Shown: positions 10,401 through 15,194 of the stretch, piece after piece
How the letters are laid out: each line of letters begins with the position of its first letter
Position numbering within the stretch: position 1 is the stretch's first letter
Assembly (NCBI RefSeq): GCF_006345805.1
Contig: NW_021825538.1
Span: forward strand, 1-15,194
Source: Octopus sinensis
Taxonomy: Eukaryota
Reading direction: 5' to 3'
DNA length: 15,194 nt
Program-made: the position numbers and the translations under genes
Notes under the pieces: generated by a model
What the model saw: the letters and a program-made list of their open reading frames with translations, nothing else
Told to the model about the DNA's origin: nothing
Databases searched by the model: none

Positions 10401-11966
10401 TTAAAATATTCGATGAAGACGGCCAGTTGCTACGTCACAGAAATGTTGCAAGTTTAGTTGGTGGTGTGTTGTTTTACACAAGAATCACACATAATGGCCA
10501 CGGTTCCTAAAAGGAAAGAAATATTTCAACTGAATGGAGAAGATTTGCAGACATCTCAAGTTTGGTCGAGTCTCATCCCTTATGGTGTAATATGGAGAAA
10601 AGTGGCGGGTATTTACTGGTGTGTACATAATGAATTGATTGAATGTCATTGCATAAAGATTGATGGGGACCAAGTGAACATTCTGGAATCTGTGTCGTTA
10701 TTAAATCTTGATTCTGGTCTTCGTTTCCCTTCCATTACATCTGAAACGAACAAGGAAATATTCAGTAATGAATTAATTAATAAATCGGAATACAGAGGAG
10801 GAGATGGAGATGGAGGAGGAAGAAGAAGAGGTAAATCAGGTGAAATAATTGGTAAAGGTAGATTAAAGGTGAGATGTGGTAATTACATAGCAGAGATTAA
10901 TAATTCAGGAATTGATGAAATATCAGTGAGGAGACTTCCATATAGGACAGCAATGGTCCCTTTTTCCATTCCTGCATTTGAGGAACCTGTTCATTATGAT
11001 TTTAGGGACATTAGGGACCGGAACAGTAAACTAATTAAGTTAGATGAGAATGTGAGTGTGTTGATGTTTCGAGAAAGTGTCACATTAATCAGAACAACAA
11101 ACAACAAAACAGTGGACATACTTCAACATGAACAACAACAACGAACACCACTGGACATATGTCGGTGGACAGAGGAATGTTTCATTGTCGCCTTTGGGAG
11201 AGAAATGAGGGTCTTCAACAGGGATCTCCGTCGTTTAAAAACCATCAGAACTGAGAAATACTACAACAGGATTTATAAATACAACGACAATCAACTCGTG
11301 TGTGGTGGTCACGATATTAGAGACATAACTCAAGAAGAGAGAGACAAGAAATACCAAAGAAGATGGATAAACAACAAGGATTACTATTATTGCGATGACC
11401 GCGACATCTTTGACCCTTATTATGTGGATGTGGTTGATATCAAAGATGGGAAATGTAAAGATGAAGTGTGTGGTGGGAAGATGAGGAGATGGGAAAGGTT
11501 TGAGGGAGATGAAGGGGTGGATTGTGTGGGAGTCACATCTTTTGGTGATGTTGTTGTTGTGAGGTGGGAGATGAAGAAGAAGAAGGGGTCTGGAGATTGG
11601 GAAGTTTTTTGTTTTGTGGAATGGTTCAGGGAAAAGTCTTTGGTGAGGAGGATAAGAATAGAAGGAGGAAGGTTTTATGGTCGGGAATATTATATTGCAA
11701 GACCTCGTCTGACCATAATTGGTGAATGTGTTTATATAACAGAGATCATGAACAATATTTACGAAATACCTCGACATATTGAAGAGGAAACATCTGAAGA
11801 TTATGAGATCCTGGGATTAAAAGATAATCCAAAATATTTACTCCTCAGACGGGATGATAATGAAGTCTTTGCAGTTCTTGGTTTGGATGTTTCAGACAAT
11901 TCTTTGATGGTTTTTGGAATTATTCCTGGACGTCAATCTTTTGCTTTCTTTTATTTTGACAAATAA
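6409..11966 (+). CDS. Reconstructed single-exon ~1852-aa protein: charged N-terminal repeats, helical/coiled-coil segment, six tandem NHL/TolB-like beta-propeller modules; interrupted by 7 single-base frameshifts
   Basis: Protein-like sequence continues across frame changes without an in-frame stop. Segments: 6409-7482 (+1), 7482-7766 (+3), 7766-7927 (+2), 7929-8306 (+3), 8306-9199 (+2), 9201-9305 (+3), 9305-10468 (+2), 10470-11966 (+3). A recurring blade motif (FTRISEDMVLATLP, CCRINANRFLVFY, ICRWDSNHIGVTLP, MCRWQSNTLVITT, VCFTQESHIMATVP, ICRWTEECFIVAF) occurs every ~230-290 aa. The fold call is pattern recognition, not an HMM hit. Confidence 0.8.
6424..6642 (+). repeat. In-frame tandem duplication (111 nt + 108 nt; 37 and 36 aa)
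   Basis: ENTQKRALRDSTPKWDEGRVDNKRCKYEEYDGSRRSE / ENTQKRALRDSTPKWNEEVDNKTCKYEEDDGSRRSD; the units start at 6424 and 6535. Confidence 0.95.
7482..8306 (+). CDS. Middle fragments largely missed by the ORF track (end of module 1, first half of module 2)
   Basis: Hand translation. Frame +3: VGVQNILVITF...DTILVTDYCGKHMV. Frame +2: IQMNKDFWPNL...IITKTRKL. Frame +3: LFTDNGEII...VVVDGTKRKK. Confidence 0.7.
8306..9305 (+). CDS. Fragment covering the end of module 2 and most of module 3
   Basis: ORF 8306..9283 is protein-like up to KRPLSLQ (9199). It then continues in frame +3 as VDLLTKRLFYLIDRSRMFAIN, a typical blade-like P-x-x-L-x-V-D...RLFY pattern. Confidence 0.75.
9305..10468 (+). CDS. Fragment covering the end of module 3, module 4 and start of module 5
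   Basis: ORF 9326..10510 extends upstream to 9305 (TYYYIDLVDVF). It contains NHL-like strings IAGCDKKNGNIKIFTLDG and VVCEKANNGNVKIFDEDGQLL. Confidence 0.78.
10470..11966 (+). CDS. C-terminal fragment: modules 5 and 6, ending at TAA 11964-11966
   Basis: ORF 10458..11966 (502 aa). Removing one T at 10469 gives SLVGGVCFTQESHIMATVPKRKEIF across the junction. Confidence 0.78.
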   Translation, partial: CFTQESHIMATVPKRKEIFQLNGEDLQTSQVWSSLIPYGVIWRKVAGIYWCVHNELIECHCIKIDGDQVNILESVSLLNLDSGLRFPSITSETNKEIFSNELINKSEYRGGDGDGGGRRRGKSGEIIGKGRLKVRCGNYIAEINNSGIDEISVRRLPYRTAMVPFSIPAFEEPVHYDFRDIRDRNSKLIKLDENVSVLMFRESVTLIRTTNNKTVDILQHEQQQRTPLDICRWTEECFIVAFGREMRVFNRDLRRLKTIRTEKYYNRIYKYNDNQLVCGGHDIRDITQEERDKKYQRRWINNKDYYYCDDRDIFDPYYVDVVDIKDGKCKDEVCGGKMRRWERFEGDEGVDCVGVTSFGDVVVVRWEMKKKKGSGDWEVFCFVEWFREKSLVRRIRIEGGRFYGREYYIARPRLTIIGECVYITEIMNNIYEIPRHIEEETSEDYEILGLKDNPKYLLLRRDDNEVFAVLGLDVSDNSLMVFGIIPGRQSFAFFYFDK

Positions 11967-11967
11967 A
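11962..11967 (+). terminator. Polyadenylation signal AATAAA overlapping the stop codon
   Basis: gac aAA TAA Ata; a GT-rich (TTG)n tract follows at 12008-12021. The hexamer is common by chance in AT-rich DNA. Confidence 0.3.
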
Positions 11968-12024
11968 TATTTCCAGAAATATTAAACTTCAATCAATCTT
12001 CTCTTCTATTGTTGTTGTTGTAAA

Positions 12025-12047
12025 TGGCTTCGCCCGGGAATCGAACC
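12025..12047 (-). pseudogene. tRNA-like 3' fragment or SINE-head remnant with a Pol III B box
   Basis: The minus strand reads GGTTCGATTCCCGGGCGAAGCCA, followed by a (CAA)n tail (12008-12021). No matching 5' acceptor strand was found. Confidence 0.35.
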
Positions 12048-12104
12048 TGCATCGCATACATTGCATTCTACACACTTATTGTCGTACATTCCTCAACACT
12101 CTCT

Positions 12105-12220
12105 CTTTGTGTGTGTGTGTATATTTATATACAGTATATATACATGCGTTATATATATATACACACATATTTAGGAATGTATGTATAGAAATAAGGCTAT
12201 AAGTATGTATGTTTGTTGTG

Positions 12221-12267
<47 letters not shown>

Positions 12268-12292
12268 ATATATATACGCATGCATGTATGTA
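12105..12292. repeat. (TG)/(TA)n microsatellite region
   Basis: Direct observation. Confidence 0.9.
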
Positions 12293-12352
12293 TAGGAATG
12301 TCTGGTCCGAAAGCAGAGACTTTCATAATCATTGATTCTCCATTAAAAGGCA

Positions 12353-13187
12353 GACGACACCGCCGCCGTCTCCGCCGTCGTCGTGGTCGTGGTCGTCGTG
12401 GTCGTGGTCGTCGTGGTCGTGGTCGTCGTGGTCGTCGTCTCCGCCGTCGTCGCGTCGTCGTCGCCCGCCGTCGTCGTCGTGCGTGGTCGTCGTGGTCGTG
12501 GGCGCGTCGTCTCCGCCGTCGTCGTCGTGGTCGTCGTCGTCTCCGCGTCGTGGTCGTCGTCATCATCATCATCATCGTCGTCATCATCATCATCATCGTC
12601 GTCGTCATCGTCGTCATCATCATCATCGTCATCACCATCATCGCCATCATCATCGTCATCATCATCATCATCGTCGTCATCATCACCATCATCATCGTCA
12701 TCATCATCATCGTCATCACCATCATCGTCATCATCGCCATCATCATCGTCATCGTCATCATCATCATCTCGTCTCATCATCATCGTCATCATCGCCATCA
12801 TATCGTCATCACCATCATCGTCATCATCGCCATCATCATCGTCATCATCATCATCATCATCGTCATCACCATCATCGTCATCATCGCATCATCAATCTGC
12901 ATCATCATCATCATCGTCGTCATCATCACCATCATCATCGTCATCATCATCATCGTCATCACCATCATCGTCATCATCGCATCAATCGTCTCATCATCAT
13001 CATCGTCGTCATCATCACCAATCATCGCATCATCATCGTCATCATCATCATCGTCGTCGTCATCATCACCATCATCATCATCATCGCATCATCATTATCA
13101 TCATCGTCATCACCATCATCATCGTCGTCATCATCACCATCATCGCCATCATCATCGTCATCATCATCATCATCGTCGTCGTCATCA
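12353..13187. repeat. ~835 bp compound trinucleotide array (CGC/CGT/GGT, then CAT/CGT)
   Basis: Direct observation; accounts for the poly-S/H/I/D/M/R ORFs on both strands. Confidence 0.97.
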
Positions 13188-13346
13188 GCGTTGTGTGTGC
13201 GTGTGTGCAGTCTGCTCTGATAGTTTTTAACGTTTAATAAGAATAGATTGTTGTTGTTGTTGTTGTTGCAGTGACATTCCAACTGCACACACGCACAAAC
13301 ATTGCCTTTCGTCCTCGTAGGGTGTTGTTTGTTGTTTTTTGGGGTT

Positions 13347-13730
13347 CATAAAAAAGAGAAGGACACTTGAAGAAGCATTCAGTAAAAGCTTTCCCATAGC
13401 TGGTGTCATTTTCACGCTAGAAATAGAAACCACTTTATTTTTCATATAAATTTGAAGGACAGATAAGAGCATTCATAAATAAAATTGACCTTTATATGGT
13501 CTCATTTCATGCTAGAAAGAGCCATCTAAACCTTCACATTTTTGTCTCATCACAAATAAAAATCCAGGACAATTTACAAAGCATCCATGTCAATATTGTC
13601 CTATAGATGGCCTAACATCATGCTAGAAATAACAGCCAAATACTCTGAAATTTGTATCGTTTGTCATAAAAAAAGTGAAGGACACTTTAAGAAGCAACTC
13701 CGAAAATATTGTCCTGCGGCGGTTTAAGTG
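13347..13730 (+). repeat. Degenerate minisatellite, ~3.5 units of 96-117 bp
   Basis: Units start at 13347, 13443, 13548 and 13665. Each has cat...aggaca...agca; the first three also have gctagaaa (13416, 13511, 13622). Confidence 0.65.
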
Positions 13731-14240
13731 TAAAATATTATAAAAGTATGCATCTATGAGTTTTATGTGTTTAAAAAACATAGCAAAGACATGTGTGTAT
13801 ATGTAGGTATATATAAATATACATCGTATAAAGGTATTTTTGCATAAAAAAATGGTATTTTTGAATGAAATTTGGTAGAAATAACTTTCAAACGATGTAG
13901 ATTACGATTACAAAGAAATTTGTTGCAAAATGTTTTGTAAGGGTTCGAGGGAAAAGTGTGTGTTTAAGGAGATTTGGCTGTTGTTTCTAGCACACCACCC
14001 TCCTTGTCTTCTTTTTTTTTTCTCATTTTTCCCTCAGAAACAATTTATGTTATAAAAAAATAAAAGAATATTTTAAAATCTCTGATTATTTTTAGCCCCA
14101 CTTCCTGGCCCCCGATTCTTCTCTTTATATAATTGTAAAATATTGGAGAGCCTGAGAATTCTTGCTGGGATTTATCCACAGGGATTTAAATAAGAGCTTT
14201 GTAAAAGAGGATTTCTTTTGAGAGCATGCTTTTCTCTTAG

Positions 14241-14338
14241 AAAATGAAAGTGGAAGTTTCATTAAAAATATCCATCTTCCTGGAAGTTATGAGGAAACAA
14301 AGTCGATGGGGTGTTCATCTGTAGTTATGCCACAGGAT
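14241..14338 (+). CDS. Candidate 98-nt internal coding exon of an unidentified gene
   Basis: Acceptor cttttctcttag|, donor gat|GTATGT, and an open frame NESGSFIKNIHLPGSYEETKSMGCSSVVMPQD. No family recognised. Confidence 0.3.
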
Positions 14339-14339
14339 G

Positions 14340-14340
<1 letters not shown>

Positions 14341-14392
<52 letters not shown>
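14341..14392. repeat. (TA)n microsatellite
   Basis: Direct observation. Confidence 0.95.
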
Positions 14393-14394
<2 letters not shown>

Positions 14395-14614
14395 CTGTAG
14401 AAATGTAGGTGTGTATATATATATATTATATGTATGTGTGTTTGTGTATACATTTATTCATGTATATGTACAAGTTTAAAAAAGAAATATCAAAAGATGT
14501 TGGAATATTTGAGGTATTGGATAATTTCCGACTCAGGATTGCCAATACATTTATATAGGAATATAAATATACATCATTATTATACGTAGCCTTCTTGCAC
14601 ACACATAAGCATAC

Positions 14615-14750
14615 CTCGTAGAGAAGATGACGGGTAAATCCATCTGTGACAAGCCATGCTTAAGGGTGTCTGGTGATATTTCTGGTCTGGTATCACACAA
14701 ACCGCCCAGTCTGGAGTCTCTATAACTTCTGCCGCTTCCCGTTCAATTGT
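14615..14750 (-). other. Candidate first exon of a minus-strand gene ending at a splice donor
   Basis: The minus strand reads ...ctacgag|GTATGC (intron starts at 14614), with ATGs at 14657 and 14643. It lies just downstream of the X-box on that strand. The 5' boundary is unknown. Confidence 0.3.
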
Positions 14751-14758
14751 TTCTATCT

Positions 14759-14771
14759 GTTGCCTAGCAAC
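14759..14771. promoter_or_regulatory. RFX X-box motif GTTGCCTAGCAAC
   Basis: Exact match to the RFX consensus GTNRCC(N0-3)RGYAAC, inside a locally GC/CpG-richer patch with GGCGGGAAA (14804-14812) nearby. Confidence 0.55.
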
Positions 14772-15194
14772 GCTAATTTGAATGACAAAAAACGTGGAGA
14801 AAAGGCGGGAAATTTAGACAAAACTTTGTCTAAATTATTTATTTAAAATCAAAGAGACATTGTCAGCATTTTTATGAATTAAATAATGTTAAATTACATT
14901 AAGGTCTCACAATTAAGTCATTAATTAGGAATTATAATTAATTTGGACGTGAAAAAGAAGGAAACTAACGGATGTGTGTATATGTATGTATTTATGTATG
15001 TACATAAGCAGGTAAATATTTATATGTAAGTGTGTATGAATATTTACATACGTCTATAGAGAGAGAAAGGGGGAGAGAGAGGGTGGAGTATTACACATGT
15101 ATACACATAAGACGAATGATGTCTGGGGTGTGTATCGGTGTGTCTGTGTGTGTGTATACACGCCTGTTTATGTTTGTGCGTGTGTGTGTATTTA

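Noticed and set aside
7477-10472. A shared programmed-frameshift signal (e.g. Euplotes-type AAA-stop), or rescue by A-to-I editing or micro-introns
   Set aside because: The directions are mixed, only one site has AAA-TGA and one has a slippery A-run, and no common motif is present. A-to-I editing cannot change frame, and some junctions (7928) are too tightly bracketed for an intron.
6321-11777. Minus-strand ORFs opposite the main gene (e.g. 6321-6734, 6871-7164, 11235-11777)
   Set aside because: They are shadow ORFs of the purine-rich coding strand, with biased composition and no independent signals.
6409-11966. Reading the overlapping ORFs as a bacterial or viral operon, or as separate genes
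   Set aside because: Breaks fall in mid-blade and are healed by single-base edits. The context is spliceosomal and SINE-rich, with no ribosome-binding-site pattern.
12025-12100. Functional tRNA gene on the minus strand
   Set aside because: Only the B box and 3' end are present; the acceptor, D and anticodon stems cannot be formed.
12171-13288. Long ORFs on both strands (349, 284, 245, 198, 152 aa and others)
   Set aside because: They are translations of the CAT/CGT/GGT trinucleotide array, which lacks stops in most frames, and give homopolymeric peptides only.
13347-13730. CRISPR-like repeat-spacer array
   Set aside because: The units are degenerate along their whole length, there are no invariant repeats with unique spacers, the context is eukaryotic and there are no cas genes.

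Overview
AT-rich, microsatellite-dense eukaryotic genomic DNA. The tRNA-derived SINE families look, from memory and without a database check, like the abundant octopus/cephalopod SINEs. No prokaryotic features are present. Bases 1-5400 are intron-like or intergenic sequence packed with SINE copies and simple repeats, and contain one 27-bp hairpin. The main content is a plus-strand coding block at 6409-11966, directly behind a strong splice acceptor. The ORF track shows it as several overlapping ORFs. Correcting seven single-base indels joins them into one reading frame of 1852 aa with no internal stops. It has a duplicated charged N-terminal peptide, a helical coiled-coil-like segment, and six tandem ~230-290 aa beta-rich modules that look like diverged six-bladed NHL/TolB-like beta-propellers. 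The indels most likely reflect uncorrected long-read assembly error, but young pseudogenisation or recoding cannot be excluded from sequence alone. Downstream lie a tRNA-like fragment, an ~835 bp compound trinucleotide array, a degenerate ~105 bp minisatellite, a candidate small exon, and a CpG-containing island with an RFX X-box, an E2F-like site and a minus-strand splice donor, which may be a promoter and first exon.
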